Source: Lepidodermella squamata (lineage: Eukaryota; Animalia; Gastrotricha). From it: DNA of 64,000 bases. Positions 12,644 through 25,693 of the stretch are shown piece by piece; position 1 is the stretch's first letter, and each line of letters begins with the position of its first letter. Both the position numbers and the translations under genes were made by a program. Below the pieces are notes generated by a model that saw nothing but the letters and a program-made list of their open reading frames with translations, ran no database searches and was not told where the DNA came from. Where the stretch lies: positions 68,626-132,625 of the forward strand of contig JBLDXI010000049.1 in NCBI GenBank assembly GCA_047495785.1, in the 5' to 3' direction.

Positions 12644-13947
12644 ATGATGAAGGCTATATTCTGCAAGGTAGGACAGGCTTTTGTCTTAACCCCGATTTTA
12701 TGTACTGTTTTTTGCATTAAGGTGTGCCAAGAGCCGGTCCCGCGACGCAAAAGATTCCACCCTTCAATTTGCGAGGCTTGCCGCAAATTTTTCAGCCGAA
12801 CTTGCCAACGCGGGATTGACTGCCTGAAATGCACGTCTGAGAACTCGCCCGGGCAGTGCCATGACTTCAAAAAGCGAAACTACTGCCCGAAATGCCGCTT
12901 CGAGCGATGTTTATCCGCGGGTATGCAATGCAAGCATTTGAAGAGTCAGGGAAGTTTTTCAAGCGTGGAGGCCGCTTCACCGAAAGAAGGAAATTCAAAC
13001 GGCTCGCCAATGTCGAAAACGCTGCTGGAAGAAGGCGCTGAAAACAAAATGTCACCGCCAAGTGAAGACGGAGCAGCTTTTAATTTAAAGGCAATGTCAG
13101 CAATGCTCACGCAGCCAACCCTTTTCGACGGCGATATGATAGAGGATCTCGTTCGTAACTCAATCAGCGCATTCACTTATCTCCATAATCTTGAATTCGT
13201 GAGGATTGCTAGTTTATAAAACCATGCCGTGATTTTTCCTTTGTTTTAGCTTGTTTTGAAACGGAACCCGAAACCTTTAGCTGATTTGGAAGCTTTTCGT
13301 GAAATGTCGGCTCTACACGCTCATGGAATGATAGCTGTTGTTAATGAGTATGGACAACAATTCAAGGACGATTATGGCTTTTTGCCAGAACATCACGTTA
13401 TGGCTCTCAGTACAGCTTCGTTTGCAGCGATAAATACTGTTTTCCCTTCAACGGCCGGATCTCAGGCGTCAGCTTTCATCGGCTTGAGCGAGGAGTCTCG
13501 CGCTAAGGTCCTAGAGTGGTTCCCTGAGTTTCGAATCACGGATGATTTATGCCATCAACTGGCTCATTTGTTTTCAATTTGGAAGCCATCGTTACCGGAA
13601 TGCTGCATTTTTATGGCAGTTTTGTACTTTACAGGTTATTTTCTTGAAAAATAGCCTAATTTTGCCTAATCTTCGACTTTTGCGTAGGGAGAACGGGCAG
13701 CGATCGTTTTGAGCGGTTCTGTGACAGGCTCAAGCTGGCATTTAGCCTGTATACGTCCACGATGACAAGCGGAAATCTTGCGCTGATTGATCAGCGTTGG
13801 CGTTATTTTAGCTTGGCGCTGCAGTTGGCGAGACAGGTGGCACTGCAGACGCAACAAGGTGTGACACAGCTGTCGCGGGAGACTCCGATATTCGCTCAAA
13901 TTAAACGGATTCTCAATCAGGACCTTGAATGCGAGGAGGGTGTCTGA
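12644..13947 (+). CDS. Divergent nuclear-receptor-like gene NR-b (4 exons)
   Basis: MMKAIFCK|VCQEPVPRRKRFHPSICEACRKFFSR...CPKCRFERCLSAGM (C4 fingers, CRxxxC...GM end); exons 12644-12667, 12722-13198, 13250-13634, 13688-13947. Confidence 0.85.
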
Positions 13948-14719
13948 GTTCACTAATCGATTGAGAAGTAAATAAACTGATCAGCGGAATTTCTGACAAA
14001 ACTAGCCGTATCTCTTTTTACAATCCCTGACAAGTCGCTAAAAGTTAAAAAATGAGTAAAATGAGTTGCTAAAGATATAACTCCAAAATCCAGCTGAATC
14101 TGATTATGAAGATAGTGAAATCTAGACTGCGGGTTGAAATTTATGTGAAAGGTATCAGAAATGTTGAGATCACCGCAGTAGCAGTCTGATCTATCTGAAA
14201 GACATCTAACCGTGAAGACACCAGGCAACTGCTGTCATTATGCCGCATGTTGGTATGTTGAAGCTGTTTGCAGATGGTGAATTTGAATGCAAAGAACAAG
14301 AAAGGGCATCATCACTTCGCTGCCTATTCTCGAGCTTTTTGCAACTGCTTAACGCATTCCGAATAAAGTACTTCAAACATTGCCAGATATTCTCGAATCG
14401 AATCATGATTTAGGTTAAAGCAAACTTTTTCGAAGTTGCTTGAACTATCGGGAAGTCTTTTCCAATATACTTACTACACTTGTGCTTGTCCGCATCTGAA
14501 CTGCGTAAATATCAACCTCTCATTTCAAAGATATAAACAATAAAGGACAGCATTGTTGATGTTGTTTTCTCCTCAAAGTATTAGTTCTAATTGCGGATAT
14601 TATAGCAATTGTTTACGCGTAAGATGAAGGCTATTACTGATCTATAAAGAAGTAAACAAATCTAACAACGGACTGATTGCAGGCTATCCTTGCCTCTCCT
14701 GCATGACATTTCGTCGGGA

Positions 14720-17427
14720 ATGGCTTCTGATCCCGAAAATCTCATAACTGCTGTCAAAGTTGGCCTTTTGAGGCGGACGATCGACAAAGTTAAACTTTTC
14801 CCTCGTTTGCAAATTGCCGCATTAAAAAGGTTTATTTGGCATTTTCATCAGTTTTCTTTGAATTTTCTCCTGTTTAGAGCCTCGCTCGATGCCGCGAAGA
14901 GACTTCACAAATGGCCGCAAGAAGTTGCTATCAATATTCACCGGTTTGAGGAAAAATTGAGGAATTTTATTCATGTCAACAAATTTGCTAACAGATTCGT
15001 ATTCGAAGCGACTTTGGATCAAGATACTCCTATTTACTACTACTGGCTAGTTGCTACATCAATCGCATTCTGCTACAACCTTATTTTCACCCCACTTCGA
15101 GCGTCATTTGTTGATTTCAACATGGATCACATAAAAATTGTTTGTTTTCACGGCTGTGAACTGCTTCTATTCATAAATTATTTTAATTTCAGTGGCTGCC
15201 GATTGATTACGCTTGCGACGCTGTTTACCTCATCGACATGCTCTTGCGATCGAGAAAGCGCTACTATCAACAAGGCTTACAAGTCTATGACTTGAAGCTA
15301 CTGCGGAGACGGTATTTTCGAAGTTGGGAGTTCGTTATCGACGTAATTAGCATTCTACCAACCGATCTCATCTACATCCCATTCGGGCTTGAATACGTCA
15401 TCTGTAGGATGAACCGGCTCTTCAAAGTCAGTCGTTTTTCTGAAATGAACGATCGTGTCGAGTCAACAGCTGCTTTTCCCAACGCCTTTAGATTCTGGTT
15501 AGAGACGGTTGAAAAGCTTAAAGTTGAAAGCATTGTCCTTCGATTTATTTTGAAGGAACACAGTATTCTACACTCTGATATGCATCCTCTATTCGACGGT
15601 CTTTTATCACTCATATTCCAAGGCGTTAGGCTGGGGCAAATCACCTGAAGACTTTCCACTAGCGAAGGAATATTCTGAACTCCCATTCTACAACCGGTAT
15701 TGAAATGCATTCAAATAATATGGCATGAATCATATTATTGTTTTATGTATCAGCTTTGTGAAATGTCTCTTTTGGGGAGCGATGATGATCACTTTCATTG
15801 GCGAACAGCCGATGCCTCAAACCCCTGTTCAATACATCATCGAAGTGCTCATCTACATTCTTGGTCTATCTCTTTTCGGATTTATTGGTAAGGCAGAACG
15901 TAGATGAGTAGCAGTTAATTAATTGCCTGGTGCTTAGTCGGCAGAATTGGCGAAATAATTGATAATTTGAGCGTTAACGAAGACGCATTCAACCGCCAGC
16001 TGGACGATGTTCGTGATTACATGCAAAATTCACATGTTCCAAAAGATTGTTACACAAAGGTATGGCAATTAACTCATAATTAATATATTATTTTTTTTAC
16101 GAATTTCATTCCCGAAGGTCGTGAATTGGTTTTGCTATGCCTATGAAAACAACGTTCTTGGAACTGCTAACAAGGCCCTGAAACCACTTCCAGATCGTTT
16201 GAAAGCTGGTGAGTTAGCCTGAAATCCCACCATTAAGATGATATGCTGTCTTTATCGCAGAAATCGCAAAGGACTTGCACCTTGAATCATTGAAAAAAGT
16301 TGCTCTCTTCGCCGACTTGGATAACACTCTTCTAATTGAGCTGGTGGGCCGCCTTAAACTTCAAGTCTTCAGCCCACAAGATTACGTCTGCAAGAAAGGT
16401 AAAGAGTCTAGTAAATCCACTGAAGGATTTACTATTCTTTGCTTTTTACAGGCGACATTGGGAAGGAGATGTACATAGTGAAATTAGGATCTCTCGAGGT
16501 TGTTTCAGATGACGGGAAGAAGGTTTTTGTAACCCTCGGGCAAGGCGTTGTGTTCGGCGAGATCAGCCTGCTGAGCATTCCTGGGAGCAGGACAGGAAAT
16601 AGACGAACGGCCAATGTTCGAAGCAAAGGTGAGGTCATTCAATTCATCCGATCTTCTTCTAATTTTTCTCATGAAGGGTACTCAAATTTGTTTTCTTTAT
16701 CGAAAGAGGACCTATACGACGTACTTGAGGATTATCCAGGTGCAATGCAAAAACTGGTTGATAAGGGTAAACAAGTTCCTCAGTTACTGATAGCCTTGAG
16801 ATAATCCGGATGATAGGTACTGAGATTCTTCGAAAGGAAAATAAGCTGGACGAAGAGGCTATTGTGAGGAAAGACGCGGAGGAGGCGGCATTTAAAGCTC
16901 TCGTCGACCGGCTGACCAAATCGATTGAAAGGACGGAGGATTCTATTGCTTATCTGACTGCGACGATGCGATACAATCGCGAAATGGCTTATAAGAGAGT
17001 TGAAAGGCTCGAGATTTTAATGAAAAAGAGATCGCTACTTCCAAGTGACGAGAGCGAAGAGGCTGGACCCTCAATTCAAGATGAAATGAGTGACGAAACT
17101 CGAGACAAAGCGCCAGAAGAACCTCTCGCTGAGAATCCCACAGTGGAGCAAGATATAATCGTCGAAAAGCAGGATGAAGATGAAAAAGACCAGGCGAAAG
17201 AAGTTGCTGTAGATACCGAACCTAGTAAGAGGAAAAAAGTGAGATTTGTTGACGAGGTTCCAATGGGAGAATTTGTAGAGACGCCAAATGTTCCGACGCC
17301 TGATACTCCCAAGACTCCGAATCTGCCATCTTCTGAATGTTCGACTTCACCTTCTATTCCTTCACCAGGGCCTAGTGTTTCACCTCCAGTCTACAATTTG
17401 CCACGAAAGTGGGATAAACTGAATTGA
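14720..17427 (+). CDS. Cyclic-nucleotide-gated channel subunit (alpha-like), copy A
   Basis: S3 [10 protein letters not shown]4 [10 protein letters not shown], pore [35 protein letters not shown]...FGEISLL...[14 protein letters not shown]; acidic/Pro-rich tail. Confidence 0.9.
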
Positions 17428-17665
17428 TTATTGTCAAGGTTCGTGTTCAAGTCTCTTCATATCGTTATGAGCGATGAAAATTGTGCTCTGTGCTTGCCTT
17501 AATAAAATGTACGCACCAATTAATTAGATAAAGCAGAATGCACTTTTCAAGTTCATCAGCTTATCCGGACACAAGAGTCTGTAATGAATTGATAAGAGCC
17601 AAAGATCGGGTATAAAAAGCCTAAAAAATCATAGGTACAAGGAAGTTGAATCAATTTAATCTATT

Positions 17666-20203
17666 ATGGTCTGCTCAGCGTTCTGTTCATGCCCGAGCCA
17701 TAAGAGCTCGGAAAGGAATCTCCTCAAAAGAACCATCGACAAGGTGAAGTTAATTCCAATACTTCGATTGACAGCTTTTAAATCGTGAGTGCCTTCCTGC
17801 TGATTGGGCCGAAATATCTGTTTATTTTCAAGGATCGCTGGAAGATTAAGGAAGAATGCCAACACTCTACCCCATCGAATTTTGGCGCGACTTCGCTAGT
17901 ATGTCTTCAAACTATCAGATGCATTTAACCTTTTCAATTTTTCGACAGCTTAACTTATGAGTATACTGTGGACTACTATTCTCCAATCTACTTTTCATGG
18001 ATGATCGTAACCTCGATCGCTTTCTGCTACAACGCCGTTTTCGTTCCACTCAGAGCATCATTTTCTGATCTTAATCAAGAATATCTAGAAATAGCAAGTT
18101 TTCATTCATACATTGAACTCTGGAATAACAAATTTTCCTCCTTTTTCAGTGGCTAACTTTGGACTACGTAGCCGATGCGACATATTTGATTGAAATGCTG
18201 CTTAAAACTCGGAAGCGATACTACCTACAAGGCATTCAAATCTACGACATCAAACTGATAGCGAAACACTACCTGAAAAGCCGAACCTTCATCATTGACT
18301 TGCTTGCAATCCTACCAACAGACCTGATTTACATTCCTTACGGGTTCGATTACGTAATTTGCCGAGTCAATCGATTGCTGAAAATGGGCGTCTACAGCGA
18401 GATGAACGATCGCGTGGAAACGATTGTGGCGCTACCAAATTTATATCGATTTTGGTAATGATTTTGTGATGAGGTTCTCAAACAGTAGGTATTATATTTT
18501 ACTTCGACAGGCAAATCGTGTTTATTACCGTCGTTTGCATCTTGTACAATACTGCTTTCTATCATTCCTATTCTAAATCGGTTGGCTGGGGAGAAACCGA
18601 CGATGACTTCGCGTTATCGAAAGAGAAATCGGAACTGCCTTTCCTATCGCGATTCACAAAGTGTCTATTATGGGGCCACATGATGATAACGTTCATGGGC
18701 GAGCAGCCGCTTCCGAAAAAACCCGTGGAATTCATCATAGAAATCAGTGTTTATTTGATGGGAATGTCTTTATTTGGCTTCATCGGTATGAAATCGACTA
18801 TTTTACCATGCAGCCACATTCTAAGATTAGCTGTTATAGTTGGAAGGCTTGGTGAGATCATTGATAATCTTAACGTGAACGACGACGCTTTCAATCGCCA
18901 GCTGGATGGAGTCAGATCATACCTCGCATCATCTAAAATTCCAAAGGACGTTTACGCAAAGGTCGTGAAATGGTTTGTTTACTCCAACGAAAACAATGTG
19001 CTTGGCAGTGGAAACAAAGTAAGAAAATTCACAGACAAAAACTTTAATTGAAGTTTTTCTCAATAATTACAGGCCATAAAGCCCTTATCCGATCGGATAA
19101 AATCAGGTATGTGAGACCAGTTTTGCATAAAAAAGTTGTATTCCTTCAGTTCATGCCGATAGAGCTTGCACAGGACCTTCATTTGAACTCATTGAAGAAA
19201 GTCCCTCTATTTGCTGACATGGACAACACAGTTCTGATTGAGTTGGTCAGCCGATTTCAACTGCAAGTTTTCAGCCCTCAGGATTACGTTTGCAAAAAAG
19301 GTTGATTCTCACTGATCATCTAATTCATAGCTTGAAACAAGCCCTTCGATAGGTGATATTGGGAAAGAGATGTACGTCGTCAAACTTGGATCGCTTGAAG
19401 TTGTTTCGGACGATGGTTCCAAGGTTTTCGTTACTCTGGGCCAAGGGACTGTTTTCGGGGAGATTAGTTTGCTGAGTATCCCTGGAAGCCGAACAGGTAA
19501 CAGACGTACAGCCAATATTCGCTGCAAAGGTATGAATCCGAATCTAGAACATCCGCTTTCACTTCCATGAACTTTCAGGCTATACCCATTTGTTCTCACT
19601 ATCGAAAGAGGACTTATATGATGTTTTGGACGACTATCAAGGCGCTATTCAAAAGATTGTGGACAAGGGAACTCAAATTTTGAGGCGCGAAAACAAGCTG
19701 GACGAAGAGGCTATTCTTAAACAGAATGAAGAAGCTAAAGCCTTCTCTAAAATGGTAATGAAATCTATCTATTACGTAATCTCCTTATATATCCCTGTTC
19801 TTAATAGGTTGACCGAATCGAACATACTTTGAAAACCACTGAGGATAGTATAGCTTACCTGATAGCTACAATGAACTACAACCGAGAACAGGCCTTTCGA
19901 AGATTAGAAAGCCTAGAGACTCAGTTGAATCTACCAGAATACACAGACGATTGGCTGGAACGAATGGAGGCGGAAAAAGCTGCTGGGAAGATTGATAAGG
20001 ATTCATTGGTAACAAATCAAGAGCCACAGGTAAAGGAGACTCCGACGAAACCAGCGAAGCACGTCAAGTTCGATGATGGGGTATCATACATTTCGCCACC
20101 GCCGAGAGCGCCGAGCAAATCCTCTCGTGTTTCGTCAAAAACGAGCAGCTCTTCATCGAAAAGCTCGGCGCAAAAACAAACAAAGCCAAAAGATTCAAGT
20201 TGA
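17666..20203 (+). CDS. Cyclic-nucleotide-gated channel subunit (alpha-like), copy B (tandem paralog)
   Basis: Same motifs as copy A ([12 protein letters not shown]-terminus, pore [17 protein letters not shown]...[12 protein letters not shown]); needs a GC-AG intron at 18094-18149. Confidence 0.9.
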
Positions 20204-20917
20204 TTGCTAGAAGCTTTCATAACTAGAATGTTAATCGAAGTCGATTGGCGTGTGTTGATCCCCTTACCAGCAATATGATTTTCTAATATTTGTGTGTAAT
20301 TTAGGCTTTATTTATTTGGGAAAAACTGACTTATCATATGAGGAGAATCTTATAATCATTAGTCCGGACATTGATTCATCAATAAACTATTGCCAACATA
20401 AAAAAAATCTCATCGACTGAAACGAGTTGTTATCAAATTTTCATCGTTATTGGTAGCCAGCAGATGGGTCTTGCCGTGGTAATAGTTCAAATCCGTACGA
20501 CTTTGTGCTACAACGTAATACAGCGTTAACATTGTACTGTTAACGAAATGCCGTTTTTGTTTGTGAATGAGTTTGGTGCTTTCATCCGGCGTGAATACGC
20601 GTGTTGCCATTGTTTGCGTGTATTTCATACACAATACCCAGCGGGCGTCTGGCGCAATGTTTTGTTTACTCGCGCAGCGCACATGGCAGCGTCCATGCAT
20701 GTTTTCATACTCAATGCATGTCGGTGTTTGACTACATGTCTGCGTGTCTGTTTTTATGTGCTTCGTCTATGCTTAGCACGCATTTGTTTGAATGAATGCA
20801 TTACTAGACACACTCTCACTCACTCTCTTTATTCTCAACTGCTCACACAGCTCAAAGTATAAAATTCTCGCAGTGAATAAATAGTCGTAAAATTGAGGCT
20901 ACTTTTGGCTCCAAAAA

Positions 20918-21734
20918 ATGCTGAATACGAAGCAGTCTTACGTCTGGAACGATGACATGAAGGAAAAGCTTATTGCTGGCTACGAAAGGCGACCGGCTCT
21001 TTGGAATTCAAAATCAGCTGAGTACAAGTGCACGGCCACTCGGCAAGAAGCATGGGCCGATCTTTCAGCTGAAATTAACGTTAACGGTAAGAAAACTCAC
21101 TATGTCCTGTTCTGAAATACTCGTAATCTTTCATTTTCAGTTGAGGATATCAAAAGCCAAGTAAACTTGCTACGGACGCAGTTCAATCGCGAATCTAAAA
21201 AAGTCGCTGTACGGCCGAATAATGCCGCTACCTGGAAATGGTATGACCGCCTTCGTTTTATGGGCGAGGTCGATGATAAGGAGGAAAAGGTAGACTTCAG
21301 ATTATTTTATGAGGGTTAAATTACGATTTCTTCAACAGGAATTTGACAACGACGAGAGTTTCCAAAATGCAATGTCATTCTGGGCGTCTGGTGCTAATGA
21401 AGAGCAACCTGGGCCATCGCCCCCTGTGTCCCCAGCTCTCAATCTCTCAGCGCCTAATTTCTCGGCCCAGCGAAAGAGGAGGCTGCCCCCTAGCCAAGAT
21501 GACAACGCAGCAAACAGCAATTCATCGAGATCTCAGTTGCCCGGGGATGCCGTGACTGCCGCGGATCACTTTGGTAGATATGTTGCCGAGTCTCTGAAGA
21601 CAATGAATTCTTTCAATCGAGATCTTGCTATGACAGAAATTGCTCAAGTACTGTTTAGGGTCAAGTACTCAGCATTGAGAAGTCCTACGTCTGCTAATAC
21701 TGTTTTTCCTCAACATTTCCAAGAGAGCGAATAG
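20918..21734 (+). CDS. MADF (Myb/SANT-like) domain protein with a C-terminal BESS-like motif, 3 exons
   Basis: LIAGYERRPALWNSKSAEYK...RQEAWADLS...LRTQFNRE...WKWYDRLRFM; C-terminal DHFGRYVAESLKTM...AMTEIAQVLF. Confidence 0.85.
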
Positions 21735-21789
21735 ACTTAATAAAGTTACTTTTACATTAATTATCCCACGTTATTTCAGAGCCAGAATG

Positions 21790-22030
21790 ACACATTTCAC
21801 TTAAAAGTCAGTTCCACCAACAGCCGTAAATTTTCGACGCGTATAATATGTAGCGAAATGCTGATTCATGCTGTCGACCAATTTAGCCGCGGCAGCGCTT
21901 GATTGCTACATAAACATGATAGAATCGATGGGCCCAAGCTGCATGTCTTCAAGCGAGGCAACCATTTTGAAAGCAGTTATGTAAAGTCTTCGTAAATTAT
22001 CCAATTTATTTAGATTTTCGTACATTTTCC
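21790..22030 (-). pseudogene. Degenerate duplicate of the terminal exon of NR-c
   Basis: LRRLYITAFKMVASLEDMQLGPIDSIMFM*QSSAAAAKLVDSM aligns with NR-c LRRLYITALKIVASVEG...VALMKKSSAVSARLADSI; in-frame TAG at 21908-21906. Confidence 0.75.
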
Positions 22031-22112
22031 CTCAGCATTTTCAAGAGGTTGGTACAAATTCATGGGTTTTTAGTTTTATATGACTATTTAGTTTTATGAC
22101 GCTAGCTCACTT

Positions 22113-23478
22113 TCAACACCGCGAGTTATACAATTTTTCTCCGTGAGTCATTCGCGCATTCACCCAAATATCGTCAACCACCAGTCTTAGATTATCTCTG
22201 ATTGAAACAACTCCCGCGTTGTCTGTGTACACAGAGACGAATCGCTTTATGCTGTCGGCCAATCGAGCCGAGACAGCGCTTGATTTCTTCATGAGCGCGA
22301 CAGAATTCTGCGGCCCATGCTTGCCTTCAACCGAGGCGACGATTTTAAGAGCAGTTATGTAAAGTCGACGCAGCTTGTACAGTTGCGGGAACTGCTTGCA
22401 AACATTCACTGAAATTAATTCAAACTCTAAGTTCAATCAATGGCTTAAAAAGAACAAACCCTTGAAAAGTAGCAGGGTGAAGAAAATTGAAGCTTGCATA
22501 AGTGAAGGCTGCCAATGCTCTAGAACTTCAGCAAGTTCAGCAGCTGAATCAGCTGAGTTCTGGCGGGTTAGAGTTCTTCATTTAAGCACGAAAAAACATA
22601 ATTATATTAATCCTAACCCGAAATTCAGGATAATCTTTAAGTAGCCATTTAGTAACATCACTGCTCATGCTCAGCTTCGAAGTGGCGTTGCCGGGTAGAC
22701 ATGACATCGAAGATCCTATCGCTGGCCAACCGCTTACAAAAGCCAACTGGATTTCCCGGTTTCTCAGACCGAATTTTTCTGAGTAAGTAACGATATTAGT
22801 AAATATTTCATTCCTTACAATGATAGCGCCTTAAACCTTTCAAAAAACATGCGTAACTCCAGCCGATTTTCATACTTTGCTGAATATGGGTTTGCAATAG
22901 CTCGCGATGCTTTTCCAGGTTGAAATGACCCGTAAACATTTTCAGCGGTAGCTATGGGATAATTAATATAACATAAGACCCATTGCTTTCTCAAGCCTCA
23001 CTGATTCCATGCCATGAAGTAATGTGAAAGCTAAAATCGAATTTTTAACGGCGTCTTCAATCGCTGCTGCGTTGATCATACGGGGCTCTCTCGCCATAAC
23101 CAGTTTCTTGTTAATGCATTTTCGCTTACCGGCTATAAAAATGCTGACATGTTCGATGAATGTCTAGAACAAAGAATAGCATAGCTTACACTTCATGCCG
23201 GCTTCGAAGCATTTCTCAAGGCGACATTTCGTGCAGTTCGCGCGGGAATTCCCGATAATGGAGCAAGGCGGTTTCTCTGCGACACATATCAGCGAGTTTC
23301 GTTTAGGGTGGTTGCGGTAAAAGAATTTTTTGCAAGCGTGGCAAGTCCTGGGTTGGTATTCTTTTCGTGGGAGAACTTTTAAAGTACATATCTGCAAAAA
23401 TATGATGATATCAATCCTTTTCCTTAAGTTTTAACGCACCTGACAGAATACAAGCTCGTCTTGCTCCATGCTAACCAT
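22113..23478 (-). CDS. Divergent nuclear-receptor-like gene NR-c
   Basis: MVSMEQDELVFCQ|ICTLKVLPRKEYQPRTCHACKKFFYRN...CTKCRLEKCFEAGMK, then AAIEDAVKNSILAFTLLHGME|LPLK and WQPSL LBD-like exons. Confidence 0.85.
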
Positions 23479-25693
23479 TGCGTTTTACCCAAACGAGTTG
23501 TAATGCAGTTTGTGGCTTGATTGAAAAATTGAGAGCAGATCGATCGGATTCTTTTGACTTAAAAAACTACTAAGCAATTTCATACCACGCTAATTCATAT
23601 AAACGTACATGCCCACCAAGGACAGATTATATGAAGCTATTATATATAAATACTAGCATTCAGACGCGTACACGATAGCAAGAATAACTTGAAAAGTCCG
23701 TGCATGCCTGAGAACAGTTCTGGGTAGCACTCTCACCCGGCTTTATAACCAATCCATCAAATCAACGCATAACGTGCCGCAGTCCGAGCCCATTAGATTA
23801 GTGTCCCCAGTCTTGTCCGTTTTCTTCGCCATCGGCGTGTTAGCAGTGAGCATGTCGAAGTGGATCAATTTTTCTCAATTACCGATATCAATCATCAGCA
23901 TTCCTTATTAGACACAACGGCAGCTCGAAACTATATGAAAATGACCGAAATACCGGTCCATTCCCATTAGGTAATAAAAAATGTTGTGCCATCAAGGAAG
24001 ATAGACAATGACGAATGAATACGAGCGGAGGCCAAACATTGGCCAGATGTCATGAATACGCAGGTTTCATGACAGAGACGGAGTAAGGAATGATTACATT
24101 AGAGGAAAAAATCGAAATTAAATTCGCTATCGTTTCCACTTGAAAAACTCGATGTTAATAAGCTTTACTTGCCCACTACACGCGTGTATAGAGATTGGCA
24201 TTGTATATATTGACTTGCGCGCCTATATTCTATATTGTCAGCGCAAAAGTAAACCTGCTTATGAAGACACGGGGATTAACATAGTCCATGATCAGGTCTA
24301 TGTGCCTGAGATTCAAATCACATCAATGAGATTCAAATTCTGACCAGAAGAAAATCAGGCTATTCTGGTCAAATATCAATAAGTGGGTCACATCAGTTCA
24401 ATAATCAGATAAATGTCACGGATAGGACTAGAAATTATTGTAATTTTAAGGAACTGTTCGGCCGAGACGAAAAATGTTGAAATACTACACTTCCCTCCTG
24501 TCGTCTTGGAAAATATTCGCACAGATATTTGTGGAATCTTCTCTTGGCTTGTTAAACTGGGAGTACAGTACTTTGCACAGTGCCGCCTAGTATCTCACGA
24601 TACTGTTAAAGCATACGATTTAGTAAATCGCGAAAAAATCGGGAAGTCTCTGAGAATATAATTGCTGTGATGGAACGTTGTTATTCAAGCGAAAAAGCTA
24701 GCTGGGAAAATAAAAAATCAATAACGACCTGTCCACTCGTTTCTATGTCATACGCTGCAGCAGGGTTGTCCTTTATCCCTAATTTTCTCCTTCATTTTAT
24801 TACAGATTTCAACGCTTTTTGACGAGAAATAGCCGACCTCTACACACCTAAAGTAGACTTCAGATGCTTTATTCTTACGTAGTTCACTCCACATACTATT
24901 TTGTAATGATGTTGGCGCGTTCTAAATTTGAAAATTTTGATAATTAAAAAACCTATGCATTGCGCGAAATAGGATTCTCGAACTACGGGCAATTTTATGA
25001 CCATATGATCCCCTTTGTGAAACCTGGGGCTAATTTTCCACTACTTTTTAACTTGAACTTAACCGGTTGACCTTCGTCAGCTTGGATTTTGAGTGAGTTT
25101 GAGCACTTGCTGTTTCATGCCCGGGTCTGATGATTGCAAAGTGTCGAACATGCCACCCTCAAAGTCAGGCTTTGCACAGTTAATGCCAATGCCTCCCTTT
25201 CTGTTAGCCAGGGTCATGCAAAGGTATGTGCTGGGGCTTCGCTACGCCCTCAGACATTTTCAGCGGCTTCAACACCCTTAAGGAATCCTTTCTCTAGACC
25301 TGACGCAGCTAACAACCTAACAGCAATTCTTCGAGATGAGATCCAGATTGGATGGGGATGTCGCCGCTGCCGCGGATCAGGATCAATTTGAAAGAGCGCG
25401 AATAGATGCGATATGTCATTTTTATATGTCATTTTTACTAGCGACAATCCAAGTGTAATAAACCTCTATAAATTGGTGAATCCACGATCTTGTTAACCAA
25501 AGGTGTCAAAATTAAAGTTGATATATATTGATATATATGTTTCGATAGCTCGCAGCTCGCATCTTCATTTCCTGTAAACCTTTCCCTTCCGCATGAAAAT
25601 CATAGATTATAACTATTTTCTATTGTCTATGTTGAAAATGAAGTTACGGGTTTTTAGTCTCTCGTCTGACAATTTCACTTCTAGAAGTCACTT

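Noticed and set aside
12930-12990. Possible GC-AG intron after GMQ in NR-b, at the position where paralogs have a GT intron
   Set aside because: The in-phase acceptors would create TAA/TGA, and the sequence reads through in frame, so it was treated as exon
20410-20862. Overlapping Cys/His-rich ORFs upstream of the MADF gene
   Set aside because: No domain pattern; TG/CA-rich low-complexity promoter-like sequence
9599-21908. In-frame TAG codons in two exon-like segments, hinting at stop-codon reassignment
   Set aside because: TAG ends apparently intact genes here (e.g. 11531, 21734, 56263); ordinary pseudogenisation is simpler
25050-25450. GC-richer patch with several short ORFs
   Set aside because: No recognisable motif and no long consistent frame; cannot be supported as a gene
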